From positions 8,282,873 through 8,346,872 of the forward strand of contig CM119264.1 in assembly GCA_051294375.1 (NCBI GenBank): a stretch of 64,000 bases of DNA, in the 5' to 3' direction. Source of the DNA: Paraspadella gotoi (taxonomy: Eukaryota > Animalia > Chaetognatha). The translations under genes and the position numbers were made by a program. The notes beneath the pieces were generated by a model that did no database searches, had not been told where the DNA came from, and saw nothing but the letters and a program-made list of their open reading frames with translations. Below, one piece after another: positions 49,991-62,400 of this stretch. The stretch's first letter is position 1. Each line of letters begins with the position of its first letter.

Positions 49991-52900
49991 GTTCTTTTTG
50001 TTTTTTTATTATTTTAATTTTATAATTTTAATTTATCCATCTAGTTTTAAAAGTAAACATAACGATGAACATAAAATTAACAAACATAAAAACAAAAAAA
50101 CAATTAATAAAAATTAACCTACTAACGAGAAAATAAATGCTCTTAAATCTTTCTTTGCTAACGAACCCCTTTTTTAAAGAAACAAAATTATTTGTGAAGC
50201 TATAGTCTTCATTTCCTTTCAAAACGCATGCAAGAGCACTCTGATAAGTTTTTCGTTTGAGAGAAAAAAATGAGAAAACCTGTCAGTTAAAAAGCGAACA
50301 CATTATTCATATGCAGAAATGCGAGAGATCTGACTACAGGTCTATACAATGATTGATTGCATGAGTTACAACCTGCTAAATGATAATTTTTTAATTGAGG
50401 CAATGCGAAAGAACTTACTGCTGCATGCAAAATATTATAATTTAATTTTTTTTTAAATGTCATAAGAAAAACAAATACCAGTTTCTTTTCAAAGATGGCG
50501 TCAGCAATTTCAATAATAAATTGTCACACTTAAATTTTCAATATTAAATTTCTGTGATTGCTCTGACTTCTAAGGTTAAGTGATGAATTCCCACTAAAAA
50601 GTTATTGATCCATACCTGACAGTCGCATCCCTTCGACCCTAATGGTGGTGCTTTGTTATATATATGGGTTCAAATCAGGTCCACAATATGGAGAGACCTG
50701 ATATGCCGAGAAAAGTGAATAAGGTTTTCCAAAAAATAATAGGAGTTTTCTAAGAGTACTTTCGAAAAATTCTTTCCGATTCATGTCCTTTTTTTTAGAT
50801 TTCGGATAAAAGTTCATGTTCTTTATTTTCCGACCATTTTTTTGAAACTGTTGGTAAAACTTAAATATAAAAAAAACTAAAATAAGTATTTAAATACGCG
50901 TGGAGTATGATGGAAGAAAAAAAATTGCTATCTAAATCTATTGTTTATTTTATAATTTGTCGAAAAGAAGGAACACAATTTGGCCATTTAATAATTGTTT
51001 CGATAGAGTCTAAAGACAAAAAGCGGTTTTTTCGTCTTCCATTAAGGGAAAAAGTAACACCAACCGCGTGAAAGTAGATTTACGTTTATACTATAGATTT
51101 TTCAAGGAAGCGAACTTGATTTTCAGATTTCGCGACTTTAATAATTGAAAGGTTTACTAATAATGACTACTGTTCCCATTTTGATTGTCATAAAAAGTGT
51201 CAAAGAAAAAGTGTTGCAGAATGTCCGCACGTCGCATCTGTCTTAAAGATTTAGAAAAAGGTGAACTTAAGATCACTTAATACCCAAAAAAAAATCGTAT
51301 ACATTGTGGAATGATGATCACAATAACTTCTGATTATAAAAAAGTCTATGGAGAAATATCCAGATCCCGGTTGAAATACACAATTAACATGGTTGAGACT
51401 TTGATTTATCGCACATTGATGAGGATTAATACTAATGTTTTTTAGGATGGAGAAAACAAAAATCGAAGATGATGAGAATAAAACTTTTTAAAACTCAGTT
51501 TACATCACTTGCAAGAAAATTACTTGGCTCATGTCGAGGAACATAATTCAATATTCATTATTGTTCATGGAAATCTACACAATGTGTGAAGATTCACAAA
51601 TGCAAAAATTTAACAGGAGGGGTTCCCAATTAGTGGAACCTTTTTGGTGACGAATTCAACAAGCTCATTTTAGAGTAACAAAGAATTAAGGAACGTAATG
51701 GGGACTGATCACAAATTGAGGGATTAATGAAGAATTCGATTGAAACGAATGTAGACAAGATCTCCCTCCTCTCGACGAATCCATCATATAAAAACATGTT
51801 TATTATAGGTCCTTATTTGTTTATTAAATTCTCTAAAGTCAAATATCAAAATGAAATTAAATAACATAGACGGCAAATAACCGGATACTGGCTTTTCAAA
51901 AATCATCAATTACCGCAAATCTGCAAAAATTATAAGCAATTAATCATTTTTCTATTTTTACCTTAGAATCGAAAATGTTATCGATCGATGGCAGTATCAA
52001 ATGTGTTGTAGAATCTTAAAATTTAATACTTGTTCAAAAATTTATTTCTAAATAAATAAGATGAAATTGTTAAAGAAGATGAGCGGAATCTTTTTATCAC
52101 CTACACGCGATGCACGGTGTGTTACAGTAGTACTACTTTTAATGATAAAACAAAATTTGGGTTAAGATAGTTTATATGTTAGCACAATGGGATCTTTTCT
52201 CAAAACCTATTGACTTATCCAATTAACTCGGAAACTAGAAGAGGATCTGCCCTCGATCTATCGAATATACTTAATCACCATTAATCACCTCTTTCGCACG
52301 TAATCGTTCGAACTAAAGTACACCGGACGACGACGACCTCGAGAGAGACGACGACGACGCGAAATGACCTTGAGCGACGAACAACTTTTTTTTGGATGTA
52401 TGAGGCCGGTCCTTCGCTAGAAAAAAGAAAACTACTACTGGCGAAATGAACCCTTAGTCCTCGGCACATCGATCAATATGGGAAGTGAGGGTACAAAAAG
52501 AAAAATGCGAACCGATGAAAGTTAAAAATGGGTATTTATTGAGGAAGACTTTTCCATAGAAACAAAAAAATATTCAAAAAAACTTAATCGTCAAAATCAG
52601 TGTCAATCCTTAAATATAAATCAAACGGAAATTGATCGGAAAAATTAGATTACATATACCAAATATCTTTGCTCAACAGCTCAAAATGCTCAACAAGCTG
52701 AGAAATTATTTGGTTTAAATATTAAGATGTTAAAAGTTTCACAGCACAAACTTTTTGTGAAATTTAAAAAGATGAAAATGATGAAATTAACCATAATAGG
52801 ATTTCGTTTTTTTGAAATCAAAGTTCGAGGGGTTTCTTCAAAGAATCTTCCAACATCATCGGAAATTTTGGACGAAGTGAATTTCGGTAGATTTGATAAT

Positions 52901-53099
52901 TGAATCGAGGACAAGAACGACCACGGTTCGAGTATCGTTTTTTCAGCAAATAGAAAAGACAGATTTGACCATTTTAAAGAACCAGAAACTGAGATCGAAA
53001 ACGCGCCACCATCTAGTCTCTGCCCTCGACAAAGGACTCCAAGATGATGCCTCCAAAAAATAAGTCAATTTGCGTTTATTTCAACTACCAAAACTTTAA

Positions 53100-53690
53100 T
53101 TAGTTCCCATCTCCTCATCGGACCGCGCCGTTATCGGTGCGATCGGTGATCGCCGGCAGCCGCCGTTCACGTCGACGGCGCGATACGACATCTGCAAGGT
53201 CCCATTACAGCGTCATACTAACGGCGCCAAGTCAACGTTGATGGCGGCACCGTCGACCATCTACAAGCGCCTACGACATCTACGACACCTGATTGGCACC
53301 GTCTACTCAATCACCCATCTATGCACTCATACGGCGCCGCCCGTCTACCGGCGGCGCCATCTACCTGTCAACGGGCGCGGCGTCTAATCATCGATGGTGC
53401 CATCTACCCAACGCGGCGCCGCACATCGATGGGGCCATCTAACCCTCAACGGCGGCGCCGGTTCTCGGGGGTGTCTCCCACCACCACACACCTCAACGGC
53501 GGCGCCGTCTACATCGACGGTGCCATCTAAATCTATGGCGGCGCCATCTACATCGACGGTGCCATCTAAATCTACGACGGCACCGTCTACGGTGGCGCCA
53601 TCGACATCCACGGTGCCGTCTACATCAACGGCGGCACAATGAAAAATTCAACGACGGTGGCGCCGTCTACGGTGGCGCCATCGCAGAGAT
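53100..53690 (+). repeat. Ser/Thr/Ala/Pro-coding degenerate tandem repeat (APSTST-like); also 48340-48559
   Basis: Repeated gcgccgtctacatcgacg-like units. Confidence 0.7.
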
Positions 53691-55599
53691 GAGAATATGA
53701 GTGTTCTATGACAGGTCATAAAAGGTACGGAGAGTTCTATGACAGTTTCTTTGATATGCATATGAATTACCCTCAGTCTCTTGCTAAATATTAATGAGGT
53801 TCTTTCTCAAGATCTTTTGTTTGAACTGATTCTATACTCGTCACCATCTATCTTTTAAAAAGACCATTATTTAAATTTGAAATCTTTATTTTAAAACAAA
53901 AAACTTTAAAAACTTAATTATTAAAAAAACTAAAAAAAAAGCCCATTTTTAAAATTAAAATAAAAACTAAACAAAATTAAAAAATAAGGGCTGGACGAAC
54001 AATTTTTGCGCGCAAAATTTTCTTGGGTAAATATAACATGTAAAAAACAATTTGCAATATTCTTGGGTAAATATAACATGTAAAAAACAATTTTCAATAT
54101 TCTGGGTAAATATAACATGTAAAAAACATTTTTCAATATTCTCGAGTAGATAAAAACGTGTGTAATTTTTCAATATTCTTGCAGACATAATATGAGATGT
54201 AAAACATTATCTCGCAAGAATAATGAAAATTTAAAAAAATATTAAAACAGAAAACATAAAATTTTAGAGAAGAATGTGTCCGTGCGTCTCCACATGCTTT
54301 GATTAATTAAAAAATACAAACGCATAATAAAACAAAGAACATTCGAAAGAATTTGTTTCTATGCTCCTAAGAGCTTACAATAAATTATTACATATATACA
54401 TATACATTAAGACTTTAATAAGACCACAAAAATTAGAGAAATGTAATCTTGGGTCCCAACGCAACGCGTTGCTTATTTAGAGAAAATACGCAATAAAACA
54501 AAGAACATCTTGCTGACATTTAAGATAAGAAATTTTTTCTTGTGCTCTACCGGTATAATATACATATGATACATAATACATTTGCAATTAGATTAAATAT
54601 TATGTCATTTATGGTTATGGTTAGGGACGGTTAATAAATATAAAATATTTAATTCTAATTTGTAAATGTATTTTAAAATTGAGAAAAAACGAAGAGCAAT
54701 TGATTTCAGCAATACCGGAAAGAGGGAATAGGGAATGACATAATAAAGTAATATAGAGTAAGGTGTATTCAAAGCTCAATTCGAGAGGAAAAAAAATTTG
54801 GATATAACATAGATACAGACAAAAAAAAACGAAAGTACCCGTGGTAAATACTTGGCCAAGAAAGTAAATAAATATTACTCCACAAACAATTACAAGATGT
54901 TTTTAATTTGATGAAGTAATATTTTTCTACTTTCTTATTTTTCAAATTGTTTCAAATTGTTTGATATTGAACAACAGGTTAAAGCTTTCCAATTGATGGT
55001 AAAAATTTTTTTATTTATTTATTATAAACTAACAATTTAAACACAACGAATTGTATCCGTTTTAACTAATCAATTTTAATTCCCTTTTGTTAAATCATTC
55101 TAGAGAATTTATGTTTTGTTTTTTCGATTATCTATCTAAATGTCTGCAAATTTGCTAAATTTGTTTTTTATTTCTTGGATTAAATAATTGTTCGTTGAGT
55201 AATAAAAAACTTACTAAAATTATTCGTCCTTGCTCCAGGGAAAAACATCTCGCGATCCTCCACCGCAATCCTCGATTATTTTTTGATTTGCGGTGGAGGA
55301 AATCTAATTCCTCCTGGAGAGATGGCTNNNNNNNNNNNNNNNNNNNNNNNNNTCCAATTGATGGTAAAATTTTTTATATTATTAATACTTAACTAATTAA
55401 ACACAACTGAATTTACGCGTTATTAAATCTCAAGTCAAATTTAATTCCCTTTGTTAAACATTCTAGATATTTTTATGTTTTGTTTTTTTTTTGAATCTAT
55501 TCTTAAATGTCTTGCAAATTTGCTAAATTTTGTTTTTATTTCTTGGATTATTAAATATGTCTTGAGTTCTTAGTAAATAGAAACTAACTAAAATATTCG

Positions 55600-56045
55600 T
55601 CTTCCTTCTCCAGGGAAAGACATCGCGATCCTCCCCGCAACCTCCGAGTTATTTTTTGATTTGCGGTGGAGGAAATCTAATTCCTCCTGGAGAGATTGTT
55701 CGTTTTTTCAAAGTATTTCCAGTTTTTTCCGATTTTTTTTGTCTAGTTCATTTTTTTATTTCTTTGTTTACGAGAGATTTCATGTTCCCGTCTCGCCCTA
55801 GCAGATTTGGGAGAGTTGTAGACGCAGTAATGTTCCCGTTACTGCGTCAACGTCTTTCGATACAGATCCAACCGGGTTACCGGTTGGATCTGCGGGCCTT
55901 GCTGCTCTGACAAAAGGGGCTCCAGCCCCCTTTGCCGTTTGCGTGTTCGTTGCCGCTTGCGGCCGCCAATTTGTTCCAATCGGCGGTCGCGGCGGCGTGG
56001 CAATCGATTGCGCGCCAACCGTTTGGATAAATGACCTCGGCGTCT
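55600..56045 (-). repeat. ORF-L/ORF-R module, type D (also 55220-55325, 58780-58995, 62260-62945, 63840-64000)
   Basis: EQIGGRKRQRTRKRQRGLEPLLSEQQGPQIQPVTRLDLYRKTLTQ*. Downstream of LEKDE it joins a different 3' region. Confidence 0.72.
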
Positions 56046-56057
56046 ACCCGGTATATA

Positions 56058-58110
56058 TACATTAGACCTTGCCATATATGAAAAGTTTTTTTGAAACAAA
56101 AAACGAGTATTGATGTAAAAGGTGCCCATACAATCATATGAATTTTTTGAACATTTTTTTTCAAAAAAAAATTTACAGTAAATGTGCCACTGAAAAAAAT
56201 GAAAAAAAAATGGTAAAAAATGGACTTTTTGCTAAATTATCCTTAAAAGCTTATTGCGCGAGGAAAAAAACTATCTTGTAGAGTGGAAAAAAATTGACTA
56301 TGTTACAACAACCTCGCATTATAAATTAAGTTAGTTTTTTACTAAGGAAAATTTTTTTTAAAACCTATTTGTTTTGGTCAATTTTTGATAAATTTTTTAA
56401 AAAATGATATTTTTAACAATGTTCATGAAATATTTTGTAAAAAAAATTATGGCGAATTGAATAAAGAAATAATTGCCTTTGTTTTGCTGAAAGAATTTTT
56501 AAAAAAGGATTATTCGGTTAAAAAGTTATAATTTTTTAAATTTTAAAAAAAAATCACTTTTCTTAATATTATTTTTATTTAATAGGTTTGAACTAGGCTA
56601 AAGGGAAAAAGGAATGCACTTTTTTCAGAGTAAATAAAAAATAGTAATTCTGATTTGGACAATGGTAACTTTAATATTTTTGTCTCACCAGGTCATTAAA
56701 GTTTTTTTTAAATTTTTTATCATTTTATAATGGAATTAATGACTTTTAAATAAGGTAGTTTTTTTCTTTTTTTTCATATAAAAGAAAAAGAAAAATTGAC
56801 AAAAGCGATTAAATGATTAAAATTGTAAATAATGAGACAAAAAAAGCAACTGAGAGAAGAGTTGCTTGCTGCTTACGATCGAGAAAAAAAAAAGTCATCA
56901 TCTAGTGCCAAAGAAAAAAAACTAGTTATCTATTTTTTTCATAAATTACCTTTCGTCAAGCTAGTTCTCCAGAACTGAGTTGATTATAATTTGTGTTAAA
57001 TATATTGCTTAATCAAAAGTTGTAAAAGACTGTGAAAATTATTAAGCTTGCTTGATAAATTTAAGAATAGATTCCCCCGACTTGTTGATAAAATTCATCA
57101 AACTATGAAATGAATAAAATCAAAGATGAATTAAAAATTAATATTTAAAACTAAATCACTATTTACAATAGACTTAATTATTAACTATAAATCATGAAAT
57201 AGATAACAAAAAAAATAGAATAACTAGTTTTCTTTCTTTGGCACTAAACTTTTTTTCTCGACCGGCAAGCAGCAAGCAACTCTTTTCTCAGTTTTTTTAA
57301 CTTTCATTAAATTTACTCTTTTTGTCTCAATTTTATCAATTTTTAAATCATTTAATCACTTTTTGTCAATTTTTCTTTTTCTTTTATATAGAAAAAAAAG
57401 AAAAAACTACCTTATTTTAAAAGTCATAATTCCATTATAAAATGATAAAATTTAAAAAAAAAACTTTAATGACCTGGTGAGACAAAATATTAAAGTTACC
57501 CATTGTCAATCAGAATTTACTATTTTTTTTTATTTACTCTGAAAAAAGTGCATTCCCTTTTTCCCTTTAGCTTAGTTCAAACCTATTAAATAAAAATAAT
57601 TATTAAGAAAAGTGATTTTTTTTAATTTAAAAAAAAATTATAACTCTTTTAACCGATATCCTTTTTTAAAAAATTCTTTCAGCAAAACAAAGGGAATTAT
57701 TTCTTTATTCAATTCGCCATAATTTTTTTTACAAAATATTTCACGAACATTGTTAAAATATCATTTTTTAAAATTTTTATCAAAAAATTTGACCAAAACA
57801 TTAGGTTTATAAAAAAAAATATTCCGTTAGTAAAAAACTAACTTAATTTATAATGCGAGGTATGTACATAGTCAATTTTTTTCACTCTACAAGATAGTTT
57901 GGGTTTCGTCCCTCTAGCAATAAAGCTTTAAAGATATTTGAAAAAAGTCCATTTTTTACCATTTTTTTTCATTTTTTTCAAAGTTGGCAGCATTTACTGT
58001 AAATTTTTTTTCGAAAAAAAATGTTTCAAAAATTTCATATGATGTATGGGCACCTTTTACACAATACTCGTTTTTTGATTTCAAACTTTTCATATATGGC
58101 AAGGTCTAAA
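56058..58110. repeat. Long inverted repeat (arms about 0.9 kb, spacer about 250 bp); duplicated exactly at 59504-61556
   Basis: 56058-56942 is the reverse complement of about 57195-58110. Confidence 0.85.
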
Positions 58111-59116
58111 TTACATATATACATATACATTTGCCAATTAGGAATTAAATATATATATTTATGGTTATGGTTTAGTGGTGACGGTTAATATAATATAAAA
58201 CTATTTAATCTAAATGTAAGATGTATGATTTAAAATTGAGAAGAAAACGAAGAGCAATTGTTTCAGCAATACGGAAAGAGGGAATAGGGAATGACATAAT
58301 AATAATATAAGTAATGGTGGTATTCAAAGCTCTAATGTTCGAGAGGAAAAAAATTTGGATATAACATGATACCAAAAAAAAAAACGAAAGTACCTCGTGG
58401 TAAATACTTGGCCAAGAAAGTAAATAATATTACTCGAACAATTACAAGATGTTATTAATTTGATGAAGTAATATTTTTCTTACTTTCTTATTTTTCAAAA
58501 TTGTTTCATAATTGTTTGATATTGAACAACAGGTTAAAGCTTTCCAATTGATGGTAAAAATTTTTTTTTATTTATTTATTAAACTAATTTAAACACAATG
58601 AATTCTGTTTCCCGTTTTAATCTAATCATTTTTAATTCCCTTTTGTTTAAAATCATTCTAGAGATTTTATGTTTTTTTTTTTTTGATTACTATCTTAAAT
58701 GTTCTGCAAATTTGCTAAATTTGTTTTTTATTCTTGGATAAATATAGTTTCTTGAGTAAATAGAAAAACTAACTAAAATAGTTTCGTCCTTCTCCAGGGG
58801 AAAGACATCGCGATCCTCACACCGGCAATCCATTCGATTATTTTTGATTTGCGGTGGAGGAAATCTAATTTCCTCCTGGAGAGATTGTTCTGTTTTTCAA
58901 AGTATTCCAGTTTTTCCGATTTTTTTTCTAGTTCATTTTTTTAATTTTCTTTGTTTACGAGAAGATTCATTTGTTCCCGTCTCGCCGTAGCGAGTCATTT
59001 GAGTGTCTTGTTGTTGTTGTTGTGTTTCTTGGGACCGGATATGGCGTTTCTGTTGTTTTTCTTGGGACTGCTGGAGACTTTTCCCTATATGCAGATATTA
59101 AAATAGTCTTTTTTTT

Positions 59117-59400
59117 TTATTTTTTGGCTAGTTCCTCTTTCAACTTTTGATTTTCTTGGCGTAGGTTCAATTGTTTGCGTCTCGCCGTAACGAGTTGAAG
59201 ACGCAGTAATGTATCCATTACTGCGTCAAGGTCTTTCAATATAGATCCAACCGGGTTATCGGTTGGATCTGCGGCCCTTGGCTGCGGTCTGACAAAAGGG
59301 GCTCCAGCCCCCTTTGCCGTTTCTTTATTCGCCGCCGCTTGCGACCGCCAACTTGTTGCAATCGGCGGCGCCGGCGACCGCCAACTTGTTATGGTCGATG
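59117..59400 (-). repeat. ORF-L/ORF-R module, type E (partial)
   Basis: TSWRSQAAANKETAKGAGAPFVRPQPRAADPTDNPVGSILKDLDAVMDTLLRLQL...KLKEEL. Confidence 0.7.
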
Positions 59401-62400
59401 GTGAAAATACGCATAAAAAACAAAACATTTGTGACGATTTAAGATAAGAAATTTTTTCTGTGCNNNNNNNNNNNNNNNNNNNNNNNNNTCTACCCGGTAT
59501 ATATACATTAGACCTTGCCATATATGAAAAGTTTTTTTGAAACAAAAAACGAGTATTGATGTAAAAGGTGCCCATACAATCATATGAATTTTTTGAACAT
59601 TTTTTTTCAAAAAAAAATTTACAGTAAATGTGCCACTGAAAAAAATGAAAAAAAAATGGTAAAAAATGGACTTTTTGCTAAATTATCCTTAAAAGCTTAT
59701 TGCGCGAGGAAAAAAACTATCTTGTAGAGTGGAAAAAAATTGACTATGTTACAACAACCTCGCATTATAAATTAAGTTAGTTTTTTACTAAGGAAAATTT
59801 TTTTTAAAACCTATTTGTTTTGGTCAATTTTTGATAAATTTTTTAAAAAATGATATTTTTAACAATGTTCATGAAATATTTTGTAAAAAAAATTATGGCG
59901 AATTGAATAAAGAAATAATTGCCTTTGTTTTGCTGAAAGAATTTTTAAAAAAGGATTATTCGGTTAAAAAGTTATAATTTTTTAAATTTTAAAAAAAAAT
60001 CACTTTTCTTAATATTATTTTTATTTAATAGGTTTGAACTAGGCTAAAGGGAAAAAGGAATGCACTTTTTTCAGAGTAAATAAAAAATAGTAATTCTGAT
60101 TTGGACAATGGTAACTTTAATATTTTTGTCTCACCAGGTCATTAAAGTTTTTTTTAAATTTTTTATCATTTTATAATGGAATTAATGACTTTTAAATAAG
60201 GTAGTTTTTTTCTTTTTTTTCATATAAAAGAAAAAGAAAAATTGACAAAAGCGATTAAATGATTAAAATTGTAAATAATGAGACAAAAAAAGCAACTGAG
60301 AGAAGAGTTGCTTGCTGCTTACGATCGAGAAAAAAAAAAGTCATCATCTAGTGCCAAAGAAAAAAAACTAGTTATCTATTTTTTTCATAAATTACCTTTC
60401 GTCAAGCTAGTTCTCCAGAACTGAGTTGATTATAATTTGTGTTAAATATATTGCTTAATCAAAAGTTGTAAAAGACTGTGAAAATTATTAAGCTTGCTTG
60501 ATAAATTTAAGAATAGATTCCCCCGACTTGTTGATAAAATTCATCAAACTATGAAATGAATAAAATCAAAGATGAATTAAAAATTAATATTTAAAACTAA
60601 ATCACTATTTACAATAGACTTAATTATTAACTATAAATCATGAAATAGATAACAAAAAAAATAGAATAACTAGTTTTCTTTCTTTGGCACTAAACTTTTT
60701 TTCTCGACCGGCAAGCAGCAAGCAACTCTTTTCTCAGTTTTTTTAACTTTCATTAAATTTACTCTTTTTGTCTCAATTTTATCAATTTTTAAATCATTTA
60801 ATCACTTTTTGTCAATTTTTCTTTTTCTTTTATATAGAAAAAAAAGAAAAAACTACCTTATTTTAAAAGTCATAATTCCATTATAAAATGATAAAATTTA
60901 AAAAAAAAACTTTAATGACCTGGTGAGACAAAATATTAAAGTTACCCATTGTCAATCAGAATTTACTATTTTTTTTTATTTACTCTGAAAAAAGTGCATT
61001 CCCTTTTTCCCTTTAGCTTAGTTCAAACCTATTAAATAAAAATAATTATTAAGAAAAGTGATTTTTTTTAATTTAAAAAAAAATTATAACTCTTTTAACC
61101 GATATCCTTTTTTAAAAAATTCTTTCAGCAAAACAAAGGGAATTATTTCTTTATTCAATTCGCCATAATTTTTTTTACAAAATATTTCACGAACATTGTT
61201 AAAATATCATTTTTTAAAATTTTTATCAAAAAATTTGACCAAAACATTAGGTTTATAAAAAAAAATATTCCGTTAGTAAAAAACTAACTTAATTTATAAT
61301 GCGAGGTATGTACATAGTCAATTTTTTTCACTCTACAAGATAGTTTGGGTTTCGTCCCTCTAGCAATAAAGCTTTAAAGATATTTGAAAAAAGTCCATTT
61401 TTTACCATTTTTTTTCATTTTTTTCAAAGTTGGCAGCATTTACTGTAAATTTTTTTTCGAAAAAAAATGTTTCAAAAATTTCATATGATGTATGGGCACC
61501 TTTTACACAATACTCGTTTTTTGATTTCAAACTTTTCATATATGGCAAGGTCTAAATTACATATATACATATACATTTGCCAATTAGGATTAAATATTAT
61601 TATATTTATGGTTATGGTTTTAGTGGTGACGGTTAATATAATATAAAATATTTAATCTAAATGTAAGAATGTATATTTAAAATTGAGAACGAAAACGAAG
61701 GACAATTGTTTCAGCAATACGCGAAAGGAGGGAATAGGGAATGGACAATTACAGTAATAATATAAAGTAATGGTGGTATTCAAAGCTCAATATTCGAGAT
61801 GGAAAAAAATTTGGATATAACATGATACCAAAAAAAAAACGAAACAGTACCTCGTGGTAAATACTTGGGCCAAGAAAGTAAATAAATATTACTCCAACAT
61901 ATTACAACGTATGTTATTAATTGATGACAGTAATATTTTTCTTACTTCGTTATTTTTCATATAATGTTCATATATTGTTTGATTATTGAACAACAGGTTA
62001 AAAGCTTTCCAAATTGATGGTAAAAATTTTTTATTTATTTATTAAACTTAGATTTAAACGACAATGAATCTGTATTCCCGTTTAATCGTAATCCACTTTT
62101 AATTCTCGCCTTTTGTTAGAAATCTTCTAGAAATTTATGTTTTTTTTTTTTTGGATTATGCTTATGGGCTTAAATGTTTCTGCAAATTGCTAAATTTGTT
62201 TTTTATTCTTGGGATAATGATAAGTTCTTTGAGTAAATAGAATAAACAACTAAATATTCGTTCCTTAACTCCAGGGGAAGGACACTCGCGATCCTCCACC
62301 CCCCCCCTCCCCCCCCCCCCCCCCACCGGCCCCACCAACCCCCTCCCCCCCCCCCTGCCCCCCCCCGAATTCGATTATATTTTGAATTTGCGGTGGAGGA

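Noticed and set aside
41790-53300. Apparent three-fold tandem array (B1, B2, B3)
   Set aside because: Copies are separated by 25-N gaps and differ mainly by random indels, so they are probably redundant uncorrected reads.
59489-61586. Second copy of 56043-58140
   Set aside because: It appears base-for-base identical, errors included, and starts at an N gap: an assembly/gap-filling duplicate.
62296-62367. Poly-C insert in a hairpin loop (G4-like)
   Set aside because: Absent from all other copies; a typical low-quality read segment.
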